Source: Camelus dromedarius
Taxonomy: Eukaryota
Direction: 5' to 3'
Length of the DNA stretch: 64,000 nt
Assembly: GCF_036321535.1 (NCBI RefSeq)
Contig: NC_087436.1
Span: 49,478,001 to 49,542,000, forward strand
In this document: positions 39,630 to 52,440 of the stretch, piece after piece
How positions within the stretch are numbered: position 1 is the stretch's first letter
How the letters are laid out: every line of letters begins with the position of its first letter
Notes under the pieces: model-generated
The model's input: the letters and a program-made list of their open reading frames with translations, nothing else
Databases searched by the model: none
Told to the model about the DNA's origin: nothing
Position numbers and translations under genes: made by a program

Positions 39630-40650
39630 CTCCAGTGCCTTCCAGCCAAAGACCATCAGGAACACACCCTGTAAATGAACAAGCTGAATTTATTACTGGA
39701 TACAAGGAAGAAACCCGCACACCAGGAGAAATGTGGGGCATTTTAGTAGAAGGTGTTTGAAAGGATTATCATAGGATTGGGACCCATGTTAGGTGACTTT
39801 TGGGGAGGGTTTTAAAAAGTGGCTTTGCCCAAATGTCCATCAGACAGATGACTGGATGAAGAAGATGTGGTATATATAATACTACTTAACCGTAGAAAGG
39901 AATGATATAATGCCATTGCAGCAAGATGGATGGACCTGGAGATGGATCATCATTCTAAGTGAAGTAAGCCAGAAAGAGAAAGAAAAATACCATATTATTG
40001 CTTATACGTGGAATCTTAAGTTCATTTGTATCCCCCTTTTTTTTTTAATCTATAAAACAGAAACAGACTCACAAACATAAAGAATAAATTTACAGTTACC
40101 AGGGCATAAAGGGGGTGGGAAGGGACAAATTGGGATTTGAAATTTGCACCTTTTGGGGAGTGATGGAAATATTAGCTATCTTAATTGTGTTGATGGTTTT
40201 TATTGGTGTATACATCTATCAAAATTCATCAAATTGTACATCTGAAATATATGTAGTTTGCTGTACAGGAATCATACCACAATATAGGTGTTAAAAAAAG
40301 TGGCTTTCTTCTGGATTGCATGCTGTCAGGAACTGAGGATGACCTATGATCAGATATTTTAAAAATCTTATGTATATGGTGGACAAAATAAAGTGAGGCT
40401 AAAGCTATAGTTGGGAAAGGAGCAGCAGGTCCCCAAATTAGTCAGGGTATGGAGATGCTTGGAATTTTTGGGATTTTCACAATGAGAATATCATGGAGCT
40501 GTCTTATTTTTTTTTTTACTTCATCATGGTGGCTGATGGTGATTTAGAAGCTTCTTTATGGTCAACAGAATACCAAGGCATATTGTGAATGCTACACTAA
40601 GTTCTTAACAATATTAAGGTGCAGCTATGAGTGTTAGGACAGTTTCTGGA
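39630..40650. mobile_element. Old ERV LTR (MER21/MER77-like) split by an L1 insertion
   Basis: caagctgaatttattac..., ggattgggacccatgttaggtgacttttggggaggg, gtgaggctaaagct; resumes after the TSD at ~40300. Confidence 0.45.
39828..40293 (+). mobile_element. Truncated L1 with composite 3' end
   Basis: cccaaatgtccatcagacagatgactggatgaagaagatgtgg (L1 ORF2 end) through 3' UTR; TSD aaaaagtggcttt on both sides. Confidence 0.85.
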
Positions 40651-43466
40651 TGTCAGAAGGTGCTTTTTTTTTTTTCTTTCTTTCTCTTTGCCTCTCCCTT
40701 CTCTCTTACCACCTTTAGGCCAGCAGTGACTCTAGGACAAAATTCTGGCCAAAGAGAAACATGTTCTGGGTGTTCCCTGGTTACATGTTTACTTTCAGAT
40801 GTTGGCACCACCCCTTCTCACTGTCCCATCTTTCTTCTTCCTGGTGGAAAGAGGATATAATTGTTGAAGCTCTAGCAGCCTTTTTGTAGTTGTGAGGGAA
40901 AGGTCAAGGAAATCACAGGGTCTTTGGCATCATTAATCTGCTGAACTAGTCCAACACTGGTGTCTCTGGATTTCTCACTTTGGGAAAAAAAAATACTCCT
41001 CAATTAAAAAAAGCAAAAACAAACCCCCAAAACTGGCTACTCTAGACTATTTGTTACCTATAGCTGAAATCATTCCTAAAACATTAGGTTTCCGTGTTCA
41101 TTGTTACTAAACGAGACACTCTTCTGGCAGCCAAAGTTTTATAATGGCTTAGAGCATATTCTGTTTGGAAATAGAACTTAGCAATACCCTATTTTTTTTC
41201 AAATTAGGTTTATGTTAGGTGAATAAATTATTGTTCTTTTTGCTTCATAAGGTTTGTCATTATTACTTCATTCGAATGCTGTTGCTTCCTTGGTTTTAGA
41301 AACCTGCATAAAAATGAAAGCTTTAGAAACCTTCCAGATCAAGTTCAGCAAAAAGAAGCGTGGGTGCATTTGTAGACTTGATTATTGAAAGGGTGAGTAC
41401 AGCTGTAAACCTAATTGCTGGGTAATTGTGACTCCACCATTGCAATTTGCAGGTTCCAACAGCCCTTGTGATTTGTTAAGTCTAACAATGTATTGGTTGG
41501 TTTTAATGATCATAGGCTTAGAAGTAGAAAGAACTCCCGTCCTCCGAGGGGGATAATTCCCTGGTTACTCTGTACCACTGTGGTTAGCAGGTTAGACCCT
41601 GTAGCACAGAATCAATGCCCACTGGAAAACTGCTAATGTGTTGGGAGGTGGGGATGTGGACAATAGCTAATTACTATTAATATGCAGTGTGCAGGATAAC
41701 TAAAGCACAGGGCCAGTAGGAATCCAATGTCTGCTGGCTGCTAGATGAGAGTGCTTAATAAAAGAAAAGTGGAAATGTTCAGGAAAACTTCATGTCCTGA
41801 CAGCTAGGATTTGTATGTTGAAAATTATATGCCTGTGGTCAGAATATATTTTACTCTATGCACCAACTGGTAATTATTCTACAGGTACTTCTTAACTTTC
41901 TCTACACTTTTTACACGGTAGGTGCAAAGTAGTTGTTCAAGAAATGATTGAAAATGTATTAAAATTTTCCTCTGCAGGATGGCTCTGCAATGTGACAATA
42001 ATTTATCAAAATATTCTCTGTAAACAGTAAATTATTTAGCAGATCACAATTTTATATTACAGACATATTACTGAGTAAAATATATTGTTTGCTGTGGTGA
42101 ACATAAACTATATGGATGCAGGGTAATTTAATAATTGATGGGGAAGATTCTTGTCTACTTAATTAAATAGAATGTGAATCTTGCATGGGTGCGTGGCTGT
42201 ACCAGGAAAATGTGTCATGCATGAAACAGACCAGTGTCTCTCTTTTTCAAGAAAAAAAACTTAACAGTAAATTATGACAAAATAGTTTCACAGTATTAAC
42301 ATTCTATGTTTGAAATGCTTATAAAAAGACTGATCTTTTTCCTCCAGTTTTTGTAGGCAGATGAAATAAATCCATCCAAATGAAATGATTCATATACACT
42401 TAATCCACTGTGCGTTATGTGTGGCAGGTATGAGTTGACATGTGTTGCAGTTATGGGCACTGTACACCGTCACATGTCTAGTAAATCACAGAAATTTACT
42501 AATGGAGGAAGATGCAGAATCCTAGTTTTGTAGTAGCCACATTCAGTTTGATTGTCATTATGCAGGCTTCCCAGAGTTGCTCTCCATATTGTGTTTCACT
42601 AGGAAGTATGCTCTTTGAAAAGAATAGGAGATCTATGCTGGAAAAGATACTGCAGAAGGAGTTTAGAAGCTGGTCTGTTTTTCCTATTTTGAGGTTTTTG
42701 TGGTGCTGTTGATCTTCCTGCAGAATTAAGTTCTGGTGAAGTACATGTTTTGAAGAACTTATTTTGAGAGAGTGAATGAATGAATGAGACCTGTCAGCCT
42801 TTATTTAGAAGTAAATTCACTAGCAACTTCTCTTTGAATTTGTTAAAAGCCATAATGAGGACAGGAAAGAGGCAGTTGCAATTCAGTGGAATAACTACTA
42901 AATCAGATGTATGAACTCTGAGGTAAAAGTAGAGGAGAGAGTCTAGAAGGAGCGACCTTATTATCTGGATCACCTTGAAGGAGAAGTGAGAGTTTTCCAG
43001 ATGGACAAAGATTGGGAAGGGCAGAACAGTTTCATACCATGGTCAACGATGTTCCTAAAACAGGCCATGAAGTAGTATAGAGTCTTAGAAGTTTGATAAC
43101 TACATTATTTTGGGACTCTTAGGCTTCTATTTTTTGATTTTTTCTGGCGGAGAGAAGTGGCGGGGGATGATGACATGCAGGTTGCTCAGAGTTAGACTCT
43201 GCAGGCAGTGAACGGCATGTTGTGGTTTAGGCTGTGCTCTGCAGTCCCTGTGACACCAGGCTTCCTAGGAGCAGGAACCCTTCTGCCTCAGCCTGCGCAG
43301 CCCTCCTGCTGACCTAGAGAATGCCCAACACACTGCAGTTGTGTAAAGTGTATTTATTAAGTGAATGAGTGTGGAGGCATTAAGGACTTTTGAGAAAAAG
43401 GAGCAACCATTAAGATTTACATTTTGGGACCATCACTGACGGCAGTAAGAGCAGGACAGAAGATGA

Positions 43467-43970
43467 TGTGTTTATTTTCCGTTGCTACTGTAACAAATTA
43501 CCACAAATTTAGTGGCTAAAAACTGCACAAACTTATTATTTTATGGTCTTTGGGTCAGAAGTCTGATGCAGACCTCACTGGGCTAAAATCAAGGTGTTGG
43601 CAGGGCTGCCTTCCTTTCTGGAGGCTCTGGGGGAGAGTCCCTTTCCTTGCTCTCTCCAGCTTCTGGAGGAGTAACTTGGAAGGCATTCTTGGCTCACAGC
43701 TCCCTTCCTCCATCTTCCTTCAACCATATTGCATCTCTTGGACCCTTCATCCATCTTCACATCTCTCTGTCTGTAGTCCAGAAACGTTCTCCATTTTAAA
43801 GGGCTCATGTAATATTGAGCCCACTTGGAGAATCCAAGATAATCTCCCCACATCAAGGTCCTTAACCTTAATCACAGTTGCAAAAGTCCCTTTTGCTAAG
43901 GTAACATATTCACAGGTTCTGAAGAATAGGATGTGAACCTCTCTGGAAGGCTGTTGCTCCGTCTGCCACA
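43467..43970. mobile_element. MaLR solo LTR (MLT1C/D-like)
   Basis: gttgctactgtaacaaattaccacaaatttagtggcta...atccaagataatctcccca...aaggtaacatattcacaggttctg. Confidence 0.8.
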
Positions 43971-44029
43971 AGGGGCCTGACGGTAGTTCATAGGATGCCA
44001 TATAGGAGACTAGTTAGGAAGGAGTTTGT

Positions 44030-44620
44030 GACAGGGATAAAGCTGGTTCACTAAACCATTTTACTTCTCCTCTTTGGTAGAAAGGTAGGCTACCATTTGC
44101 ACCTTCTTTGCACTTAGTTGTGATCAATATGACTAAGTTCGGGCCAATGGGAGTTACGTATACCTTCTCCAGGCCTGACTCATAGACCACCTCTTACTCA
44201 GTCCTTCATGGTCATTCTTTTCTCTCATCTGTTGACTGGATGAAGAGGGATCTAGCCGTGTTCTGAGGCCTAGAGGGATGGGAGGGTCTCTAGCTAGAAG
44301 CAGCTGGATTCCTTTGTGGAGCAGAGACCCCCCACCAAAGCACAGTGCACCATGATTTGCATGATAAATAAATCTTTGTTGTGTTAGCCTCTGACATGAG
44401 AACTGTTTGCAACAGAAGCTTATCCTGACTAATACTGAAATTTGTACCTAGCAGTGGGGTGTTGCTGTAACAGCAACAATAAATGTGACACTGACTTAGT
44501 GCTTGGGCAGCAAAGACTCTAGTATTAGAGGTTCTGAAGGGGAAAAACCTTGGATAAGCTGATGACTGGAATAACTTGCAAGGCAAGATGTATGCCTAAA
44601 AATCTTACAGCTTTAGGACA
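44030..44620 (+). mobile_element. MaLR LTR plus start of internal sequence
   Basis: aataaatctttgttgtgttagcc...tatcctgactaataca then aaatttgtacctagcagtggggtgttgctgtaaca. Confidence 0.65.
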
Positions 44621-44651
44621 GTCATTCTTTTTTTTCTTCAGGTTGTCCTTT

Positions 44652-45428
44652 TAATTTTTTTATTGAAGTATAGTTGATATACAATGTTGTTAGTTTCTAG
44701 TGTACAGCATAGGGATTAAGTTACACATGTATATGTTCTTTTTCATCATAGGTTATTAAAAGATATTGAATATAGTTCCATGTGCTATACAGTAGGAACT
44801 TGTTTATCTGTTTTATATATAAAAGTTTTTATCTGCTAATCCCAAACTCCGAATTCATCTCTCACCAACCTCCCCGCTTCCCCTTTGGTAACCATAGGTT
44901 TGTTCTCTGTGTTTATTGAGCCTGTTCCTGTTTTGTAAATAAGATCATTTGTCCATTTTTTTTAGATTCCACATATAAGTGATATCATATGATATATTTG
45001 TCTTTGTCTGACTTACTAGATTTAGTATGATAATCTCTAGGTCCATCCACGTTGCTGCAAATGCCATTATTTCATTTTTTATAGCTGATTAGTATTTCAT
45101 TAAAAAGTCCACAAATGATAAAGGCTGAAGAGGGTGAGGAGAAAAGGAAACCATCTTACACTGTTGGTGAGAATGTGGTTTGGTGCAGCCACTATGGAAA
45201 ACAGTATGGAGATTCCATAAAAAAAAAAAAAACTGAAAATAGAGTTATCATATGATCCACCAATCCCACTCCTGGGCATATATCTGGAGGGAACTCTAAT
45301 TTGAAAAGATACATGCACCCCAATGTTCATAGCAGCATTATTTACAATAGCCAAGACATGGAAGCAACCTAGATGTCCACTGACTGATGACTGGATAAGG
45401 AAGCTGTAGTATATATGCATACAAAGGA
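44652..45428 (-). mobile_element. L1 insertion with 5' inversion (twin priming)
   Basis: 44652-45100 is antisense 3' UTR/ORF2 end; 45101-45428 is the sense-oriented upstream ORF2 segment. Confidence 0.8.
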
Positions 45429-45439
45429 CAGCAAATTTT

Positions 45440-45620
45440 AACTTTGCCTACATATTAGAGTCACTTGGAGGATTTAAAAAACTATCCACATTTGGACCTC
45501 TCAGAGATTCTGATTGAATTGTTCTGTGTGTGTGTGCTGGGGGAGGGAAAGGGGCATTGGTATTACTTGAACACTTTTCCGAGTGATTCTGACATGTAGC
45601 GAGGCTTGAGAACCAAAGCT
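45440..45620. mobile_element. MER5-type MITE
   Basis: cattagagtcacttggagga...cagagattctgattgaattg...gtgattctgacatgtagcgaggcttgagaacca. Confidence 0.65.
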
Positions 45621-45626
45621 CTAGAA

Positions 45627-45842
45627 CAGAGATCAGCCGTGTTTTTCTGTAAAGGGCTAAATAGTAAAATTTGGGGAATAGTACTCTCTGTGTTACAAGT
45701 ATTCAGTTCTGCCATTATAGCATGCAAGCAGCCACGACGGTGTATAAGCACATGGGTGCGGGTGAGTGCCAATAAAACTTTATTCTCAGAATAGGCCAGC
45801 AGCTGGATTTTACCTGTGAGCCATAGTTTGCTGATCCCTTCT
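45627..45842. mobile_element. MER58-type hAT MITE
   Basis: tttttctgtaaagggctaaatagtaaaatttt...gtgccaataaaactttatt...gccatagtttgctgatccct. Confidence 0.8.
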
Positions 45843-45848
45843 CTGGGA

Positions 45849-47298
45849 CAGAGATTCTCAAATGTTTTCTTCCTGGGGCTCCTTTACCCAATTTAAAAAC
45901 TATTGAGGCTCACGAAAACTTTTGCTTTTGGGTTATATCTAGCATGAATTACCATATTAAAATTAAGACTGAAGTCAAAAAATATTAATCAATTGAAAGT
46001 AATCATAAATTCATTATGTTAACATACACAACATATTTTTATAACTACTTTCAAAAAATTTAATGAAAAATGGCATTGTTTCCTATTTTTGCAAAACTCT
46101 GTACTATTTAGCTTAATAGAAGATTAGCTAGATTCTCATTTGTTCATTCACTCTGTTTTGATAAGTTGTTTTCATTGAAGTATATAAAGAAAATCTGATC
46201 TTACACAAATGTAGAGGTATTTCATGTTAGAAGACCAACCTCCTTTTGAAAGAGTGTTTTAATAGACTTTTCAGATAATTGTGGCTATTCTTGGATACTA
46301 CCTAGTAATTCAACAGGTGATAATTTCTTAAAAGATGACTGCAAGCTGGAATCTGAAACCATATCAATGAACTTTTCACATACTATTGCATTAAAATTCA
46401 CTGGTTTAGTTGTACTTTAAAGGGATCATTTGCCTGTGCATGATTTTGTGATATCTTACATTGGTTACTTAGAAAATATTGTTTCGTTGAGTTATGCCAT
46501 TGGCACACTTCATTATATAATATTTTTAAAAATCACATTTGTTAATATCACTACTGATGTCTTCAGAAAAGTCTTTAAGGATTCAGAAGCTGTCAAGCTC
46601 AGGGTGGTAGGGACAAGTTTTCCAAAATTCTAATTTTTACTTGAAAGCTGAAGTTTTATCATTGGCAACAAATACTGTCAGGTTGTTTGCCTTCAAGTGA
46701 CAGGCTCACTTCATTTATTTTCAAGAAAATGACTGCCAAATACCCTCGTCTGAATAACCATATTTTGTTTATCACTTGTTCTTTCAAGTAAAAATGGCGT
46801 TCCTCGAAAAAGAGACGAGTTCAGTTTGCAACTCAAACAATCGCATACTGCTGTTCCTCAAGACAACCATTGGATTTAGGTATGCAGCAGAAGTGCTGTT
46901 TGTGTTCTTTGCTTTTGGCCTCACAGAATATTCAAGACTTGTTCTCCAGGATTGAGATTTAATAAAGTGAATACTTTTTACTCTTTCATCAAAGGCATTT
47001 TTAAGTGAAACTAGCTGTTTAAAAAATTAACTGTAAGTACATAGGAAAAGATATGATACAATGCTTAAACAATGATACAATACAAACAACACATCGATAA
47101 CAGTTTGATGACATATTTGTGCCAGAGCATCAATAGCTTTCCTCATCATTGCTTTTGTAGCATCAGTGTGAGCATCAACACAGTGAAAAAGGAAAACAAC
47201 CTCTCAGTAGTATTATGAAAGTGTTTTTGACCTTGTAGACTCACTGAAAGAGTCTTTGGGATGTCCAGGGTTGTGCAGACCACTCTGGAAAACTGCTG
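45849..47298. mobile_element. Charlie1-type hAT DNA transposon (non-autonomous)
   Basis: ~1.45 kb with Charlie1 words (gaatctgaaaccatatcaatgaacttttc, ttggcaacaaatactgtcagg, cttcaagtgacaggctcacttc) ending gaccactctggaaaactgctg. Confidence 0.75.
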
Positions 47299-47334
47299 CT
47301 GGAGGGGATGAGTTTTAAAGGACCAGAGTGTTAG

Positions 47335-48120
47335 TGTGGTAGCTGTTAGTGGCTTCCTTTGTTAAGGTGTGTCAAGAAAGATAGGAGCGCAGAAGGAACT
47401 GGCCAGTTTTCAAGCTGAATAGGAAATGGTAGAGGGAATCTGAAAACTTGGAGTGAAAAACGGTTGGAAAGCCAATTGCTTCCTTATCCCAAATGGAGCC
47501 ACAAAGGGCCAGTAAAACTTCTCAGCTGGAAACATGATTTAGTTCTATGGCAAAGATCAGACCAAGGGTGTGGCCTTCCAATAAGAAACTGTAATCAGAG
47601 TAGCTGCAGTTAAGGAGAGAGGGGGGAGAGGGAAGAGGAGAGAAAGACCTGAGAATTACAGATGGAAGCAAACACCATGGAAGCCTACCAAGATTTTAAA
47701 GAATTTGTATTGTCAAAAAATGCAAAATATCAGACTGAAAAATTGTTTGAGCTGTAAATCACTTTTTTGGCTTTCAAACTTTTGGTAACACTCATTTCAA
47801 GCTGCATCCAAAGGGAAGAAATAGACAAGACAGTAAGAACTCCTAAGAGCTAAGGGCCAACAAGGAAAGGGTCAAGGAGATGATTCTCAGAGAGCAGAAT
47901 TAAAGTTTAATCAACTCAGCCTCCCTCCAGGGTAGGGGACTTCATAAGTTCTGCCAGGACTCTGAGCCACAGGGAGGGAGTGTGGCTACTTGATGGAAAA
48001 AGCCTGGGTACCTGCATGGAGTAGATCTCACCCCAAAATTTGCACGGGATTGTGACATGAGCAAGAAAAAAATTACTTCTTACAACTGTTCTTTATTACA
48101 ACATTTAGACTACTATGAAT
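47335..48120 (+). mobile_element. MaLR internal/LTR remnant
   Basis: gaaggaactggccagttttcaagc, cagaccaagggtgtggcc; probably continues the 44030 element. Confidence 0.45.
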
Positions 48121-48179
48121 AATGCAGAGGCTATGCCACTGATCTAACATAAAGCATTGCACCAAGGTAGTGGCAGGGT

Positions 48180-48760
48180 GAATAAGAAGAAATAATATAG
48201 TTTAAAGAAGAATCAGTAAGCTTTTGTAGACTGAGGGGATGTGAGAGCATAACAAGGGAGAGAAAAGGGTCTGGGATGAATTCTAGCTTTCTATCTTGGG
48301 TTGAGGTGGGTGGGGGTTTGGATGATACTCACAGAACAATGCAGTGAAGTTGTCGGATAGGCAGTAAGCGATCTGGGGGCTAAGAGCTTGGGACAGAGGT
48401 CTGGAGATGAGGCGAGTGGGAAGCAGCAGTGGTGGGTAGAATTTGTCATGAGGATAATTCAGTGGGAGAAGAGCACAGAGGTCATTTAACAGTAGAGAGA
48501 ATCGTCTGCAAAACGAGAGTGAGAGTGAACCATGAGGAAGGAAGAAAAATGGCAAGAAAGGGTAGATCGCACTGCCTTCTTTAGTTTCTCTGAAGAGTTA
48601 TGAAATTGTTAAGGGTCAAAGAGTGCAAAGAGGTCAAATAAGATAAGAGCTAAATATTTATTACATTTTAAAATTAAGATTGTTTTGGTGATCTTCATGA
48701 AGATAATTTCAATGGAGCATTGATATAAAATTCAGACCATTTTAGGCTAAGTGTCTTATG
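48180..48760 (-). mobile_element. L2 LINE fragment
   Basis: gagcttgggacagaggtctggagatg, gaggtcaaataagataagagct, ttggtgatcttcatgaag...tttcaatggag. Confidence 0.55.
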
Positions 48761-49590
48761 ATCTTATGCATGAAAATACAGACTGAAGGTGTTGGATCTT
48801 GACCAAGGTCTGCAGTAAATATTGGAGCTTGGATTTGTTCTCTTGCCTATCCAGTACCTCAACCCACACTCCTCCACTCCAAACTGAATCGGAAAAGTGC
48901 GCATTACTAAGATGCTAATTCAGATATAATTTTGATTAAAGTGTTGCCAGAGCAGAAAAAAATGAGTTCATAGAAACCATAAGGACCAATATGTATTTTT
49001 CAGAGAGAAAGATGTAGAGAAATTACTAATTTTTTTATGATACTTTCTGAGAGAGAATTTCTCCCCTCACCTCCTTCTCCCTTCTTTCTCTTAAGCTGGT
49101 TATATTGATTATATTGTCAACCAGAAGTTAAATTTTATAATGTGAATGACTGTTATCAGTGTCATGTTCTTAAAAATTAGGGTTATTTTGGTTTTAGAAC
49201 ACAGGGTATATCAAATTGCTAAAATAACTTCTTCCTAAAATTACAATATCTAAGTAAATTGACTGACAGAGCTTTTTTTCTCTCTGAAGTCTTATAAAAC
49301 TTAATTAGCAAGATCAAAGTCTACAAGAGCTTAACAGCCACCTTCACCTTTACCAGATGCCTTGTTAGTAATTTGGTGTTTAAAGTATAATTCCTAAATA
49401 GAGCCAAATATTTTTTAGGAGATAGTTAATATTTTTTTCTTTAATAAACTTAATGGAAAACTCTAAATGCTGTCATAGAGCACTATTCAAAATAAGCTCC
49501 TTAGCAAAATAAATGAGAAATGTGTAGAAACCTGAAGAAGCCTTTATTCTTGAGAGCCAAGGTGTCTGCAAATCTTGTGTAGGAAATCTC

Positions 49591-49639
49591 ACTTTCTTTC
49601 ATTTCATATAAAGAAATTTTGTATGAAATGAAGGAAAGT
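49591..49639 (+). other. Near-perfect inverted repeat / hairpin
   Basis: actttctttcatttcatataaa-gaaat-tttgtatgaaatgaaggaaagt: 22-bp stem with 20 Watson-Crick and 2 T:G pairs. Confidence 0.9.
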
Positions 49640-51014
49640 AATTGGCATCACTTGAATCCATTATTCATCAAATTTTACTATTTTTGTACAAAGGAACCTT
49701 TCTTGGCATGTACTGATTTCCTAATCTGGAATGCCTGCTAAAATATTTTCATTAAGATGTTTTATTTTTAGCAGTAAAGAGCCTTCCAGTTTGGGACTCA
49801 GCAAATGCACATTCAATTTGGAGTATAGATAAAGGCAAGAAAAAATACAGTCAGCATTATTAAATATAAACCTTGGTACTGCCCTACTTCAGTTGCAGTT
49901 TTTGATAGCATAATTGAATATTATTTACCCCCTTTGCATTTCTATAGCAACTATTTCTGTGCAACTTATGTTTTTGGTTGAAATGCCCCAGCAGAACAGA
50001 AAAGAAGCATTTGTAATTTTTTTGAAGGCTGTGTGGTAGTGATGAGGAATTGAGAAATGGCCTGTCTTGTATGCAAAACAATTAAAAATATATCTCTTTG
50101 TATGTGTGCAGATGCATGCACACACACTTTTGATGCATGTCCCATTTTAAAGACATGTCCCATCTGATTACCCACATTCTCTTAAAAGAGGGTGGCAGAT
50201 GATAGCTAATCTCCATTTAAACATTTCTTAATTGAGAGAAAACATTTAAGAAGAGAGAAGAAACACCCAGCCCCATCCTGAAAAATGTGTGTTGTTTTTA
50301 AATTGCACATGTGGATTTTGGTGAAATATAAGTAGAAAAATGTAGCTGTTCCACACCAATGACATATGTTATGTAAGAGGTTAGCAAGATATGCTCCATG
50401 TTTTAAGAGATACTATTTTGCAATACACACTGCCACATAGGAGATCTAAAGAAGCCACTGACTCTTCTGCCACCCCAAAATGGGAGTTTATGAAAAAAAC
50501 AAAACTAAATTAAGCTTATTTTTTGTTTCCAAACCAAGCGTACTTCTTTAGCAATATTAAAACATTTTGTTTGGTTGTTCTCATCCAGACTAAAATGTAT
50601 CCTATTCTGACAGTTAATTCAGAAGATCCCCAAACTTTCTGTTTATGAAATTGAGTACCTGAAGAGGTCTCCATTTCTAGTGGCTATTTTTCAGAATCTA
50701 TTATATGCTGGAAAGATAGCATCACAACTTCTGAATCTCTTGTCAAATGTCAGGGCTGTTTAACACATCTTATAAAAACAGTGAGAGTAGGAAAATTACT
50801 GATTTTAAGCTAAGCATTTCTGAAGTTTTTGAACAAATATATTTTGTATGCAGGTAAAATAATAAGGCTAAAACTTTGGTTTTCAAAATTAGAATAAGTT
50901 GTCTTTTGTGGTATTAGTTATACAGAGTAAAGGCAAACGAAGTAACTATTTGGTGATTTTATAGTACTAATTTTATACATTCCTTCATTGAACAAGTATG
51001 AATTAATTACTCAC

Positions 51015-51155
51015 TTTTTTTTTTAATTTTTAAAATTTTTAGGGGGGAATAATTAGGTTTACTTATTTATGTTTGGAGGAAGTAATGGGGATTGAACCCA
51101 GGACCTTGGGTATGCTAAGCCATGCACTCTACCCCTTGAACAATACCCTCCCCCC
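51015..51155 (-). mobile_element. Camelid tRNA-derived SINE (Vic-1-like)
   Basis: ggggattgaacccaggaccttgggtatgctaagccatgcactctacc...taccctcccccc; TSD ttaattactcacttt/ttaattacttacttt. Confidence 0.88.
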
Positions 51156-52074
51156 TTAATTACTTACTTTGTGGCAAGGTATTACACCTATATCCCTGGA
51201 TGCATAACAAAGGGCTAGCCACTCAGTACTTTCCGGATTTTAAGGACTAATTCTTACTGTCATTGTGAAATAAGACCATTTGTCACACATATACAGAGCA
51301 AAAGAGAAAAACAAATACAACAAAAAGTATGTCAGTGAATCACAAGTACTACTGTTTAACTGGGTTGGGACCAAAGGTTGTTAGTGCTGTTGGCCATAAC
51401 TATCTGAAATGAACCCAAAATGTCAAGCTGACCTCTTAAGGGGGACTGGGTGAATACCAAGGTTCAGTGGTTTGTTCTTGATGCACAGCCAAACATTTGG
51501 ATGTCTACTCAACATTTTTAGTTAGAGCTTTTTCTTCTATTAACATAGTTTAGAAAAGTGTAATGTGTGACTTGTGTAGAACATTCATGGTTCTATTTTT
51601 ATCATATTAAACAAATGAAAGCAGTCCATTTTGGAATGTATTCCCTTTTCTTAAGTTCACATAGGGTTAAAGTAGCATGACATTAGTTATTTATGAATTG
51701 CTGTTGATAGCAAGAATACAGATACTGTGAATTCAGAACTTGAGGGACAGAAAATAAATCAGATCGTTATGTGCTGTGATGCGCTCCATGAAAGACACAC
51801 ACGGGTGATGTGAATGATAGTAACTGAGAGCAGGAGGGAGAGGAAATAGGCCAAATGAGGACCTCCCTGAGGAGGTAGCACATACACTGATGTCTGAAGG
51901 ATGAGAAGTCGTGGGAAGAACCAGGGAAAGAGCCTTCTAGGTGGACAGAAATGAAAGTCTAGCATTAGGAGATGAGAGGAGCTTATTGATTAGGAACAGG
52001 AAGGAGCAAAGCTTAAACTCCCCTGGAATGGATCTTTCTGACTTAAGGCTATTTTGTGTCTAATGGAGAGTTCC

Positions 52075-52440
52075 CTGTTATCAAATAGGACAGCCTAGGT
52101 TATGCTGCAGTAACTGACCATCCCCAACCTCAGCTGCTCTAAACAACTAGATTGATTTCTCACTCACTCTGTACGTCCATTGCAGGCTGGCGAGGTCCTC
52201 TGGTCTGCATCCTCCTCACCCCAAGACTCAAGCTGACGGAGCAGTCACTATCTGGAAGGCAGTGGTTACGGTGGCAAAGTGAAAAGAGAAAGCACTGCAC
52301 ATCAAGTACAGGCTCTTAAAGCTTCCACACACATCACTTCCACTCTCATTTCATTGGCCAGAGACACTAATCTTGAGTCAGCAAGAAAGGGTAATTCTCC
52401 AGTGTGCCTGGCAGAGGAGGAGAACTGGAAGTACTGAGGA
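52075..52440. mobile_element. MaLR LTR (MLT1J/K-like)
   Basis: ctaggttatgctgcagtaac...catcacttccactctcatttcattggccaga. Confidence 0.65.

Noticed and set aside
45100..45420. 106-aa ORF (GHLGCFHVLAIVNNAAMNIGVHVSF)
   Set aside because: Well-known antisense translation of the L1 ORF2 3' end
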